A DNA stretch of 59,408 nt, filler included, from Rhizaria sp. SCN 62-66 (GCA_001724265.1; 9 parts of 9 records of this genome joined end to end with filler, not necessarily neighbours in it); one strand, 5' to 3'. Positions 24,422 through 37,123 are shown, counted from the first letter of the whole stretch. Notes: generated from the letters alone by a model not told the origin. Translations and numbers: made by a program.

Positions 24422-25727
24422 ATGCTCAGCCTTCCCAAGCGCCGTCTTACGAGCCTCGCTTTGATTGCTGCTTCCCTGCTTCCCGCTTCCAGCACCGCGA
24501 CCCTCACCGCAACCTCTCTTTGCGCCCCCCTCTCGAGCTCTCCGCTCTTGTCTCACTGGTACAACTCAATGTCAACTGACGCTTCCGCTACTGCTGCCAC
24601 CACCACAGGCTCCCCTGTCGCCGCCGCTTCCGGCGCCGCCTTCCGCTCCCGCCCTGTGGGCCTGTCGATCCTGTCCCGCGAGCAGGCCGAGGGCCGCGGC
24701 GCGCGCGTGCGCCGCTCGATCGGCAACTCGCAGCTGCGTAACCTGGACCCGTTCCTGATGCTGGACGAGTTCGTGATTCTGCCTCCCGGCGGCTTCCCTG
24801 ACCACCCGCACCGCGGCATGGCCACCGTGACCTACATCCTTCCCGGCTCCGAGGGCACGGTGCAGCACGAGGACTCGGTCGGCAACGCTGGCGAGATCGG
24901 CGCGGGCGACGTGCAGTGGATGACGGCCGGCCGTGGCATCGTCCACGCCGAGATGCCTGGCAACGGCAAGTCAGCCCGCGGCATGCAGCTCTGGGTCAAC
25001 CTCCTCGCAAAGGACAAGATGTGCGAGCCCGAGTACCAGGTACGCATTCATTCTAACAAATTGTCACGAATTAAACTTAAATCTTTTTCTGTATCTATTG
25101 TTTACTCTCAAGTCACACTAAGCCTCACATTGTATCTTCCACCTTGTTTTTTTCTTCCTTTCATTCAATCTTCCACAGGAGCTCATTGCTAAGGACATCC
25201 CTAAGGGCGAGAAGGACGGCGTGCACGTGGCCGTTATCGCCGGTGAGGCCCTCGGCATCAAGGCCAAGATCTTCACCAAGACGCCGACCCATTACCTCCA
25301 CTACACCCTCCAGCCCGGGGCCCGGATCGACCACCACGTGCCCGCGCACTGGAACGGCTTCCTCTACACGCTCGGCGGCTCGGGCTGGGTGGGCCCCGAC
25401 GCGGCCGAGCAGCGCCCCGCCGCGCTGCGCGAGCCCCACTACACCCTCACGCTGGGCAAGCCGCTTGTGGCGGGCGTCGCGCCGCCCGAGACGGACGGCG
25501 TCACGGTCGTGGCCGGCGACAAGGGCTTCGAGTTCGTGCTTATCGCCGGCGAGCCGCTGAACGAGCCAACGGTGCAGTACGGCCCGTTCGTGATGAACAC
25601 GGCGCCCGAGATCGAGAAGGCCTTCTCCGATTACCGCCGCGGCGTCAACGGCTTCGAGAACTCTCAGACGTGGGTCTCCAAGATCCGCAACAAGTGGCAG
25701 AACGGCAACCACGACGACGACAACTAA
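24422..25727 (+). CDS. PIR: Pirin; exons 24422-25039, 25179-25727
   Basis: EGRGARVRRSIG, LDPFLMLDEF, GFPDHPHRG, QWMTAGRGIVHAEMP, QLWVNL, GEPLNEPTVQYGPFVMNT. Confidence 0.95.
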
Positions 25728-26121
25728 GCAGAAATACGCAGTTGACCGCAATCGCATTCGCGTTTGACCACATCTTAGCTTGAGTAGCTCTTGAGTAGTG
25801 CAACACAGCAAACACATGCACACAATCACACACAACTCCTACTGAGCGAGACTCCACTCAGTTCAAGTTGTTCATAACGACTACACTTGACTTGTCGCAC
25901 TAATTGGCTCTACAACAGAGAGTCGGGCTGTATCTTGTCAGTTTCCATAACCGTTGCTGTCTTTAACAAACACCTACGATGTTTTCTGTCTCCACGTGTT
26001 CTTCTTAGACTTCGTTGATTTTAGTAGTATATCTATAAGCGGAGTATAACTCACACGAACAAAAATGAACTATCACAACTCACACGAACAAAAATGAACT
26101 ATCGCATAAGTCATCACAACT

Positions 26122-26221
26122 NNNNNNNNNNNNNNNNNNNNNNNNNNNNNNNNNNNNNNNNNNNNTTAATTAATTAANNNNNNNNNNNNNNNNNNNNNNN
26201 NNNNNNNNNNNNNNNNNNNNN
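26122..26221. other. Artificial contig linker
   Basis: Same 100-nt linker. Confidence 0.98.
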
Positions 26222-26222
26222 C

Positions 26223-26330
26223 CAGATCTGCGCCGACATCCACACCTGCACCCTCGTCCGCGACAAGGATATCCGTAAGTTCCTCGACGGTATCTACGTC
26301 TGCTACCGCGGCAACGTCATTGACGAGTAA
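26223..26330 (+). CDS. RPL9: 60S ribosomal protein L9 (uL6), 3' end
   Basis: QICADIHTCTLVRDKDIRKFLDGIYV...; TAA. Confidence 0.93.
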   Translation, partial: QICADIHTCTLVRDKDIRKFLDGIYVCYRGNVIDE

Positions 26331-26602
26331 GTCATCAGGCCTCGTGCGTGATATACTCAACGTCTTTCTTGTGCCAATCAGGCGTTAAGGATAAAACCCA
26401 AAATACATCATCAAAGTGTCCTCGACTCCTCATCAACTTTCGTGTCCAATCGTCTGTCGTGCATCATCGATCTCAGCCGCATATCATCGTCGTGAACAAC
26501 TGATAGAAATGTATATGACTGCTTCTGATGCATGATTTTATTTTCTAAAATTATATCTTCTGGTTTGCTGACTATCACCCTATATCTGACCTCCAGAACG
26601 TG

Positions 26603-28200
26603 ATGTCAGCCTCGGTCACGAAGGCGACCGCGACCAACGCCGTCTCAAAGCTCGCAGCGGCCACTAGCAAAGGCATTCGCGATTCTCGCGTCCCAGTTGG
26701 CTTTGCCGAGTACTTAGCAACCCGCGCTGCAGCCCGTTTGTGCTTGAAATCGATGCCGACGTGGAACAAACACGGCCTTCTCCTGTCCAAGCTTGCCCCG
26801 TCATACGCGAGAGCGGCCACAGCGGGCGCCGCTGACAACAACAGCGCTGCTACTGGTGCGAACAAACACTCTGAGATGCATGTTCCCGCTGCTGTGTATG
26901 CCCAGAGCGATGAATTAAACGACAAAATCTCATTTACGCGCGCCAACATCGTCACCTTAGACATCGATGCCATCGTCAACGCTGCTAACTCGGGTATGTT
27001 AACTCTATCCAAACGTTTGATTTCGCACGAATACTGTAACCGCTGAACCTAAACCGTGAATATAGCATAAATGATATATATTTATATACTTCCCCTATGA
27101 ATAATGATTCTTGTCATTGATCCTGTGCGTAAAATCCGGAGCTTAGTTTAGTGTTATATCTTCAGTGCAACTCGTCTCACTCTTTCTCTTGTGTCTCTCC
27201 TCTCCTAGGTCTACATGCCGGCGGCGGTGTGTGTGGCGCTATTTTTGCCGCCGCGGGCCGTGCCCCGTTACAGGCTGACTGCGACAGCATTCATTTCACT
27301 CCGTCTCCGTCAAGCTCTAGCTCTACCTCTGGCTCTGGCTCTGACCCACTCACGTTCAGCCGCAGCCAGAGCCTTAGCCGCAGCCACAGCGGCAGCAGCA
27401 GCGGCGGCAGCAGCAGCAACCGCTGCCCCACTGGTCACTCCGTCGCCACCCGCGCATTTGGCCTCCCGTGCCGCGCCGTCATCCACACCGTGGGGCCCGC
27501 CGTCGCCTCCTCAGCACTGCTGTCTTCACACCACCAGCAGCAGCCGACCGTGACGGCGCGCGACGCGGCCGCGCTGGCGTCGTGCTACCGCACCGCGCTC
27601 GACCTGTGCAAGCGCTACGGGCTCCGCACCGTCGCGTTCCCCTGTGTCTCGACGGGCATCTACGGCTTCCCCAATGACCGCGCGAGTCGGGTCGCACTCA
27701 AGACCGTGCGCGAGTGGATGCAAGAGGAGGCCTGCGGCGACAACGCCGACGCCGACGCCGACGCTGCGGCAGACGGGACTGGTGGAGACGCTGCTGGCGT
27801 GGATATGGACGCAGACAGTCAGAACGTCGAGGACAAAAGGCGTGACGTCGACGGCAAACATTGCGGCGACTATCAGAGCAGCGGCTGCCCGAGCCAGCAC
27901 AAGAGAGCGGCGGCAGACAGGGACGCGCGTGCCAGTGACAACGAAAGTGACAGTGACGTTCGTGAGAATCGCGAGAGAGGCAACAACCTCAGTCCTAACC
28001 GCGATGCTGCTGCTCCGACTGTTGCTTCTGCTGCTGAGGACGACAAAGCTAAGCCGCGGCAGCTTAACAAAGACTTTGTTGACCGCGTGGTGTTTTGCAC
28101 GTTTCTCGAGGTAGACGAGGCGGCTTATCTTAAGTGGGCAGCGTACTATTTTCCCCACAAAGAGCGCCCCATTCCCTCCGCGGCGGCGGCGGCGAAGTGA
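26603..28200 (+). CDS. MacroD-type macrodomain ADP-ribosylhydrolase with low-complexity insertions; exons 26603-26993, 27209-28200
   Basis: DAIVNAANSG|LHAGGGVCGAIFAAAG, CPTG, VIHTVGP, LASCYRTAL, AFPCVSTGIYGFP, DRVVFCTF. Confidence 0.92.
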
Positions 28201-28688
28201 TTTAATTTTAAGTCGTGCCTGTCATCAACGCATGTGACTTAAAAATCATCTGCGCAAACGTACTATACTATGTCTTAAATTTATTTTGTATTCCTTCTTT
28301 GTAAATCTATTTTCTCAATTTTCCACGTTTGCTTGCCAAAAGATAGTAACTTAAGGCTTATTAAACTGACATCTTGTTAAGCTTAATACACTATTGTTTT
28401 CTTCTTCCTCTTCTGAGACGACAGACACCACACCAGTTTGATGGGCAATCCTATCAGTTATATATCTCTACATATGCAACGTAAAATTCCGCTGCAGATA
28501 GATTTTAATGGAGTAAACTTGATTAAATATCACATATTAAAACAGAACTCTTCAACAGTGATTTTCCATGCCGTATCTCACGCGAATGCATTTGATGCTC
28601 TTCCCCCTTCGCACCCCGGGCTTATCTTCGCCACACACAGGCCGACTAGACTCCCATCCTTCCGCCGCAGCCGCCCCGCCCGCCCCCC

Positions 28689-31563
28689 ATGGCCGACGAC
28701 GCTGCATCGCTGCTGGCGCGCCTCACCGCGCTGACGCAGGCCTACGCCGCCGCGGCGCTGCCCGCCCCGCTGGCCAAGACCGTGTCGCACTCGTTCTCCA
28801 CGCTCTCCACAGTCACCCACTCGCTCACGGACTCGCTCGCGGCGGCCACGACGAGCTCCATTGCCGCCGTCTCCAGCTCCGGGCTCGGAGCACTGTCGGC
28901 CGTGGCCACCGGCCTGGACTCTGTGCGCACGTCGGTCGGGCAGCAGCGCGCGGCGCTCGAGCAGCAGTATGTGAACCCCGCGCTAGCGCATCTGGCGCTC
29001 ATCGCGCTCGCCAGCGACCAGGGCTACCGCAGGGTGCTCCGGGTCCGGCGCGCGCGGGCCGAGGCAGATGCCATTGCGCACAGCGATGCTGCGCTTGTTG
29101 CCACACCCGTTGCTGCGCGAGGCGCCGCGGTGGCTGAAGCGGAGGCTGAGACCAAGAACGACACGGAGGATGTCAACATTCGCGCTCCGACTGCGACTCC
29201 GACTCACGGCCCGTTGGCTGGGCCTGAGCCTCTCTCTATGGCGCCCAGTGCCAGCACGAGCGCCAATGCCATCAGTCCTGGCGAGCCTGCAAGTTCAAGC
29301 TCGAGTTCCTCTTTGACCGAGAGCACGCCGAGCAGCACGCCGAGCAGCACGCCCGGTGCAAACAACAGCAACAGCAGCAGCAGCAGCAGCTCACTCTCGC
29401 CCGTTATCGCAACCGCGCACAGCGATAGCGCCGTAAACAGCGTGAATATCGACATCAGCAGCAGAGAGGCGGGCGCCGGCTCCAGCTCCTTGTCATCTGA
29501 CCCGAGTCACCAAAACAACAACAACGATGCTTTCTCGAACTCCTCTGCCCCCACTGTCGGCACTGCGAGCACTGTGAGCGCCATGGGCACTGTGGGCACG
29601 CACTTGCCCTCCGCGCTCGCCCCGCTCATCCCGTCGGCCCTGTCGCTGGCGCCGTTGCTGCCGGCGTCTCTCGCGCCGCTTTTGCGCGCGCAGAGGGGCC
29701 AGCTCCGGCGCCTGCTGCGTGCGCTGGGCCGCGTGCAGCGCCGCCACCCGCAGCTCTTCGGCTGGCTTACCCCCGCGCCAGCGCACGCGAGCACGGACAT
29801 TCTTGGCGGCAACAACCCGAGCAGCATCGCCCACGGCAACAGCGCCGCGAACGCCAACTCGAGTCCTAGCACGCGCAGCAGGGGTGTACACGGCAGCGCT
29901 GTGAGCAGCAGAAGTACGGGCGACGCAGCTCCAATCGCGCCTGTAACTTCTGTGTCTGCGACTCCGACTCTGGCCGTGGTTGGGCCTGCGCTGCAGCAGC
30001 AGCAGCAGCAGCGGCGGCAGCAGCAGCAGCGTCAAGTCCTGCTCGCGCGCGCGGCTGAGGCTGAGGACGAGGAGGAGGAAGAAGAGGAGGAGGAGGTTGG
30101 CGGTGAGATGTTTGATTTCATCGGCCCCTTAGAGCCGCAAACCCCCTTAGACGGCGAAACTGTCCCCGTGTCTGCGACGGCGCCAGCCGACACTGAGCAC
30201 GGCAACGGCTATCGGAACAACAACGTCAATGCGGCGAACGCCGCGCTCAATGTGAACGAGAACGACGACGACGACGGCGACAACGACATCGACAGCGATG
30301 ACGATGACGACGACGACGACAGCGTCGACGACACGGACGCCCACCGCAACCACAGCGAGCGCGACCGTGAGGACGATGACGATGACCTGGGCGCGCTCTT
30401 CGCGCAAGCGTTGGCTCAGAGCCACAGCCTCAGCCACGGCCGCACCCGCAGCCGCTCACACAGCCTGAGTCTGGCCGACGCCGTGACCGAGGCCGACACG
30501 GATACAGACGCGAACATCAACAACAACATCATCCTCGCCTGCGCCGCCCCTCAACCGCGCAACAGCAACCCCGGCGCCGCGGGTGGCGGCAACGACGACT
30601 GCAGTGACAGCGCGGGCGCCGCTCTGTGCGGCACCTACAGCGACCTGAGCGAGAGCGCTAGCGACAGCCTGTCCCTCGCGTCGGCCGACTTCCAGCTCCT
30701 CTTCCCCACGCTCCTCTCGCACACCAGCAGCACGGCCAGCACCAACACCAGCGCCAGCGCCACTCCCGCCGCGCACGGCCACGCCGCTGCCGCCGCTGCT
30801 GCTGCGGGCGCGGCCGCCGGCGGGCGCCAGCAGCGCGCGCAGTGGCTGCGGCAACAGGCCGAGGCCGTGCCCGACCGCGCGCGCGAGGCGCGGCAGCGGG
30901 CGCGCGCGCGCGCCGAGGCTGAGGCCCGGGCGCGGCTGCACGGGTGGGCCGCGCTGCTGTTCCGCAACCAGTTCAACAACAACAACAACATTAACAACGC
31001 CGCCAACTATCTTAACAGCGGCAATGCTCCTGCGAACAATGATGTTGTTGCAGTCAACAGCAACAGCAGCGATGCCGAGTCTGTTTCAGACGCCGCTGTC
31101 GCTAACAGCGGCAACAGCTCAGTGGACGGCAACAGCAGTGGTGACAGCAACAATCTTGCTGACTCCTCTGCAAGCAATGCTCCCGACAACAACGTGATCT
31201 CAACTGCTCTCGTCGATCGCAACAACACTGGAAGCATCAGCAGCAATCTCAGCGCCGCCCGTGCTTTGCTCCCCGCCAGCGCCAGCAGCGGCTCAGTGGT
31301 GGCTGACGCGCTCGCGCTCGCCGCCGCCGCCTCATTCACAGTCTCCTTCACCGCCGCCGCGGCCGCCGCCACCACCCTCACGCGCGCCGCCGCCGCCGCC
31401 ACGGCCGCCGCGACGATGGCCCGCGCGCGCGCCACTTCCGCGGCCGCGGGCGCCTCGGACAACGCCGCCTTCGCAACCGCAGTGGCGGCCGAGGCGCGCG
31501 CGCAGGTCGCCGCCGCCACCGCGGAGGCCGCGGTCGCCACCCTCGCGGCGGCGGCGGCAGCGG
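28689..31563 (+). CDS. Large low-complexity (Ala/Ser/Asn/Asp/Gln-rich) hypothetical protein, 3' truncated
   Basis: >950 open codons with host codon bias; no domain recognised. Confidence 0.7.
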
Positions 31564-31663
31564 NNNNNNNNNNNNNNNNNNNNNNNNNNNNNNNNNNNNN
31601 NNNNNNNTTAATTAATTAANNNNNNNNNNNNNNNNNNNNNNNNNNNNNNNNNNNNNNNNNNNN
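31564..31663. other. Artificial contig linker
   Basis: Same 100-nt linker. Confidence 0.98.
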
Positions 31664-32377
31664 TTCTGCATGAAGAGCAAGTCGTAGAATTGTGTAAATG
31701 CAGATTGAAAGAAGGTCAGTTAGTCCACATGTTGTCCACTGCCACCACTTCGTTCTAACAAACCGAATTTTCACTACATTTAACCTCGTTGTCATAATAA
31801 TGTTCGATATCTTCATCGTACATCATACTAAATTCATAAACACAATCATCACACAAAATCGCCGTCGTGTTTGTGCGCAAATGGTTAGCAATCTCACATT
31901 GTAGTTGCGCACTCTCCGACACCACCTGGCCCGTCCCTTCCGTTGGGGTTCTCAAAATATCAATAGTTAGGTCTTCTGATCAGGGGATTTCTCAGACAGA
32001 GTGACGTAAATCGTCACTGTAAGGGAGTACTCATAATGAAATTCCAATACAGGTGCGAATTGTAAAAACTGACTGCCATCAGGAGTCTGTGGATAGCATT
32101 CAGTGACGTGGATTCATCCCTTGCCATATCCGAATGGTTGTACTGTACGTACGTACGTATGACCGAATGGTAAACCTCTACATCAGAGGTACGTATTGTT
32201 GAGCAAATAGTTTTATTTTAAGCTTAATAGAGTCTAACATGTTACACGTAAACATTGGTACGCATAAGGAACATACACACACATAAGAAACATACACACA
32301 TATAGGAAATATACACACACATAAGAAACATATACAAACACACACATCATGCCTTCGTTGAATATGCACAGTATTAA

Positions 32378-35300
32378 TTATGATGAAATAGTGCCAGGCC
32401 CCACAACGATCGCAAAGCAAGAATTGGGGTCCGCATTTGAGCATGTGAACGGATTTTCCGACTGGAGATCCTCAGAAACAGCATAGCAATAAACAACTGT
32501 GACATCTCGGACCACCACATTTTCGTTACTTGCGTTTTTACCTCTAAGCCCAGCAAAAATGGTCATAAACTCACGTTTGAGTTGTTCCACACGCGTCGCG
32601 GCCTTAGAATAGTCAACCGTGTTCATTGTACGCTTGACTTGCAAGAGAGTTACGCACAGGTCAACTTCGACTGAGTCGTCGTCCTCACCGTTGCCCTTGG
32701 CGTTGCCCTTAACGCTGCCCTTAGCCTTGCCCGTGGCGTTGATCTTGGCGTTGCTCTTGGTGTTGTTCTTAGGCACAGCAATCTTGACGATGTGATACGC
32801 GTCAACAGCCTCGTGGCTCGGATCACTGGGATGGGCCATGGTAAACTTACGGTCGCTGCAGAAAAGTTGCTGGACGAAGGGCTTGAGTAGTTGCACCACT
32901 TGAGCAGCAGATGCTTTCGGTGGGCAGTTTAAGGCCGACTGCTCAGTCCTCCGACTTAACTCTAGCTTGGGTCGGTCTGCATCCTGCCCATAGTTAATAC
33001 GGGACTCGCTGAACGTGTACATTTGAAAGGGGCTGTCGTGTGGGAAGTTTAACACCAGGTGCTCAAAGAACTCGCCCATGGCACCGGGACTACAACGCCA
33101 TATCATCTTCACGAGATTGTCGTGAGCGGCACGAGTAGCGTCATCCCTGAACTGCACACCCAGGATGAATGCGGACACCGTCGACCGTGAGGTTAAACAA
33201 AACGTTGGGTTCCTCAAGTAGTACTCAAGCTTGAAGTCGCCTTCGTTCTTGAATGACGTGTTTAAGCTAAGACCGAATGTAGTGATGAGGCGGTGGGAGT
33301 TAAGACGAAACTCAACGTTGTCAAGTGTGATCGAAAGGGTGAACTCATCTCGGTGAGAGGAGATGGCGCGTTTCAAGTCGTTGAAGTCCTCGGCAGTCAT
33401 CTTCGCAATAAACTCTGCGAGTTGTTCCATGCTGAGAGGATGGGAAACTTTATCGCGCTCGCACTGAACTCGACCTTTGCAGGTGCTGTTGAACTTCCAC
33501 ATCATCAACCGCGGAGTGCCACAAACAGCACGGTAATATTCACGCAACGCCTCATTAAAGCTGTTGAACGGTGTGTCGCTAAAGGACGGCTCGAGAGGTA
33601 GTGCGTCGTTTCCGTCACGTAGCATGATCGGTAAGCCCTCCATGAGCTCCTCGGTGTTCCACATATCCGTGTGGTAGAAATGACAGCCAAGGTTCTTGCC
33701 GTTCTTATACGGTGCCCCGTAGTTACTGGGATCTGGGCTTGCAGCGACAACGTTAAACGAGCCGTGGAGCCCAGGATCAAATAGCGATAATTGTGTTTCC
33801 TTCTCAGCTGGGTCGTAGAGATAAAGTGTTCGGGGGTTGCTGATGGCGATTTGAAAGTCGTCTGAATCGATTTTGACAACGCGTGCATCGCCACGACAGC
33901 CGAGCACAAGTGCAGTCGGCTGAGGACCGTGTTGGCAGACCACGTTTACGTTACCCATCTCCGCGGCGAGCAACACCAGCTTGTTCAACGACGACGTTTT
34001 CCCAGTGCCAGCAGGCCCGATCAAAACGATCGCGTTGCATAGAGAAGCCGGAGCTGTGCGAGACGTCTAAGCGGCAATGTTGAGCGAGAACTTGCGCATT
34101 ACCAGCCTGTACACGTCATCGTACTTTTTCCGAGTCACGAGAGTGTGCCACTTAGGGCCTTTACCGGTGAAAAACCAGCGTGCGTCATTGGGGATAGTGG
34201 TCACCCGCACATGCGAAAGCTATTTAGTAAGCACGTGCTGAGCGACGTGCTCACTCTTGAGATACCTCCATAGCCTCGCTTTAGCCTAGAAAATTAGATT
34301 TTGGTCATCGTCTGTCGCATCGGTAGCCTTAGCTGTCTTAGCAGCTTTATCCTCGGCCGCCTGAGCTCGCTCAAGAGTTACCTGAAGGACATTATTGGCC
34401 GTCCTCACATCAGCCTTGGCAGCCGTAAGCAGACCCTGAGCCAGCTTCAACGTTTTCACTGACTCGGCATTTAGCACGAGGCGAGATTGCAGCTCGTTCA
34501 CACGGTCATAAGCCTTGTTCAAGGAATCTTGAGCTTCAGCCACAGACACACGAGCCTGCGCAACCGTGACTTCAGAGTAAGCCCTCCTAAGATTGTCTTC
34601 AGCCTCCTTAACTCTAGATTCAGCTACAGCTTGGTCAGCAGCAAGTTTAGCCATTGCTTCGTTGGTCGCAGCAGCACTTGCAGCAGTCACAAGCGTCATC
34701 GCACGCTCAACAGCTTTCTTAGCCAAATTGAGATTGTCCTGGGCCACCACCTTATGGAGCTCAGCCTTCTACCTCTCATACGAGGCTGAAGCCACGTTGA
34801 CCAGACTTCGTAGCTGTTTGATCTCCGCCATAGTCGACGCGTTTGTAATCGCAGTCTGGCTCGCGAGGAGATTCTTCTCTGCAAGGTGGACGTTTGCCCT
34901 GGCCAACACCACGATTTGCGACTCGGGCCGAGCGGTAAGAATTGGGGCAGGGCAAGGGCGCTTTACAGTGGCGGTGATTTCCGAGCCAACGCCAGAGCGA
35001 GAGCGAGGCTGTGAGTCGGCAGCGCCAGCACCAGAATCTGAGTTTGAGTCTGAGTTATCCGAGTCAGAGTCAGAGTCATGCAACGCCTTATGATGACGGC
35101 CAAGCCTTTTGCGACCATGACGAGCGTCGCTGGCACAAACAGAAATCGGCTTAATGTTGGTGTTCGGCTTGGGGAAGCGGGACTGGCTGACAATGTTCTT
35201 GCGCTATTTTGTGGAGACGTCGTCGTCCTGTGGCAAAAACCTCGTGACACGCGGTGTATGGCTGTTGCGGCCGTTGTTGCCACTAGTAGAGTTGTTGACG

Positions 35301-35401
35301 TTGTCAGCAGACGAAGCATTCTTGTCACGCTGTTGATGAGGCCCCCGAACTCGGCTCGCTGGCTTCGCTGGGAGCGAACTGTGCAGGTTCCTGCCGCTCA
35401 T
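32378..35401 (-). CDS. Crinkler/RHS (CR)-type protein: disordered N-terminus, coiled coil, P-loop NTPase, restriction-endonuclease-like domain; five in-frame TAGs (recoded gene or pseudogene)
   Basis: ORF-track pieces 35204-35401, 34769-35083, 34286-34750 and 32378-34024 lie in one frame, separated only by TAG; LVTRKKYDDVY, IVLIGPAGTGKT, LYLYD, VVAASP, W..EEL, G.PR, GEFFEH, HEAVDA, LLQVK. Confidence 0.75.
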
Positions 35402-36646
35402 TGGTCACACGTTACACGTAACGCTGAAAAACAGAGGTTGACAAGGCGGTAAAAAATGATATCGCAAGGGAACAGTGAAGCAGGGAGACGGGCGGGGCTG
35501 GCGGGGTTGTGGGATTGGTGATGTGAGGCTCCGCGAAGCTGGTGGGAAAAAATGTTTTAGAAGAGGAAGGAGCGGATAAGTGATAAAATGAAATACATCA
35601 TCGGTTATGTGGCAAACACATTTCGGTATGGTAATGAGAACAGATCTAATCTTGGCCGTGAAGTTGATTTACAAACGATTTCTCTTTCGACCAGCGAGCG
35701 AGTCGGAGGGTAATATAATTCCGTGGTGGGATTTCATCGTCATGGAGCTCTCATTAAGTTATCTTTATGGGTCAATATGATTGTGCGGATGTCACAGACG
35801 ACATTCTGCATAAAATTCCCTCTGACAGCATTTGCCGGCCGCGATATAAGGGTGGTGTTTCAGTTAAGACACAAATCCAGAGGACAGAGAGACTTGAGGA
35901 AACAACGAGACAAGCAATCCAAGTGAGAGCAAATGCACGAACAGTTGTTGAAACTGTCAATAAGGTGAAGTTTGTATTCTGACTTGAAGTCAGAACCCCT
36001 AACCAAGCAGCCGAGAGTGAGAGATATACTGTGCAAAGAGGGAGACGCATGGCGCCGCCATATTTGTACCCCTGATGTAGAGGTTTATGGAAAAACGTGT
36101 TTTCCGCGATTTTCGCGCCTTGGTGCGCACTTTTCTATTTCACTACGAGCGAAATATTCCATCGTTATAATTGCGTAAATGTTATATACACTTATATTAG
36201 CTCTATATTGTACTTGGTTATATTATTAATATGCGTGGAAACATCTGGCTTGGCTGACTTCTATGGCCTCAAAGTGGACCGAAGGCAAATTTCTGACCCT
36301 TCCTGGGCGATCCGCGTCTTTCATTTGCATGATATATACACAGATACGGGTTTTAACGGATCGGAAAGGCAAGAAACATGTTTAAAATGAAGCGAAAAAA
36401 TTGGTGTTAATTTAGGTTTGTAGGATACTTTCTTTTCATTGTTTTACGTTGGGTAAAACTCACCGCGTCCCGTGGGCGCGATGTGCTGGATTTCTAACGG
36501 CTCGCTAGGCCCGCTGTGACTGACAGTCTCTTCTGAGGGGCATCTAAACAGTCATCTTACATGTTGATTCACGCCCACAATTACACCTCTGGTTTCTTTA
36601 TTTCTGACATGTATCGATGTTTAATTTTATTTTCATTTATTTAGAC

Positions 36647-36893
36647 ATGGCTTTACGCGCACTGACTCTCCAGGAGATCGATGACAAGATCGCTGAGGCC
36701 AAGGTCGACAAGGCTCAACTTGCCAAGAAAGAGGAGCTCTATGTGACGGCCTATACGGAGGCCCTAAAGAACAATGCTTCCACAGAGTTCATTACAAAGC
36801 AGCTCACGGCGCTCTCCGCGTCCATGACTGATCTGCAACAGAAGATCGAGAACCTTGAGAAGGAGAGGCTCAAGCTCCCCACCGCAGCTGCAG
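36647..36893 (+). CDS. First exon of a coiled-coil protein (possible CR-type helical header), truncated by contig end
   Basis: MALRALTLQEIDDKIAEAK...LQQKIENLEKERLKLPTAAA, then CAG|GTTCGT donor and AT-rich intron-like sequence. Confidence 0.55.
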
Positions 36894-36974
36894 GTTCGTA
36901 TTTGGGCTCCAGGCTCTTCTGATTTTGATTGGTGATGTGTAGATGATAAGTTTGATTATTCACCACACCATTCT

Positions 36975-36977
<3 letters not shown>

Positions 36978-37023
<46 letters not shown>
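36978..37023. repeat. (CT)n microsatellite at contig end
   Basis: Perfect CT run. Confidence 0.95.
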
Positions 37024-37123
37024 NNNNNNNNNNNNNNNNNNNNNNNNNNNNNNNNNNNNNNNNNNNNTTAATTAATTAANNNNNNNNNNNNNNNNNNNNN
37101 NNNNNNNNNNNNNNNNNNNNNNN
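37024..37123. other. Artificial contig linker
   Basis: Same 100-nt linker. Confidence 0.98.

Noticed and set aside
26048-26103. 29-nt direct repeat x2
   Set aside because: Simple tandem duplication at a contig end with no spacers; not CRISPR-like
31664-32150. Short minus-strand ORF ending in TAG
   Set aside because: Bounded by TGA stops on both sides, no recognisable family
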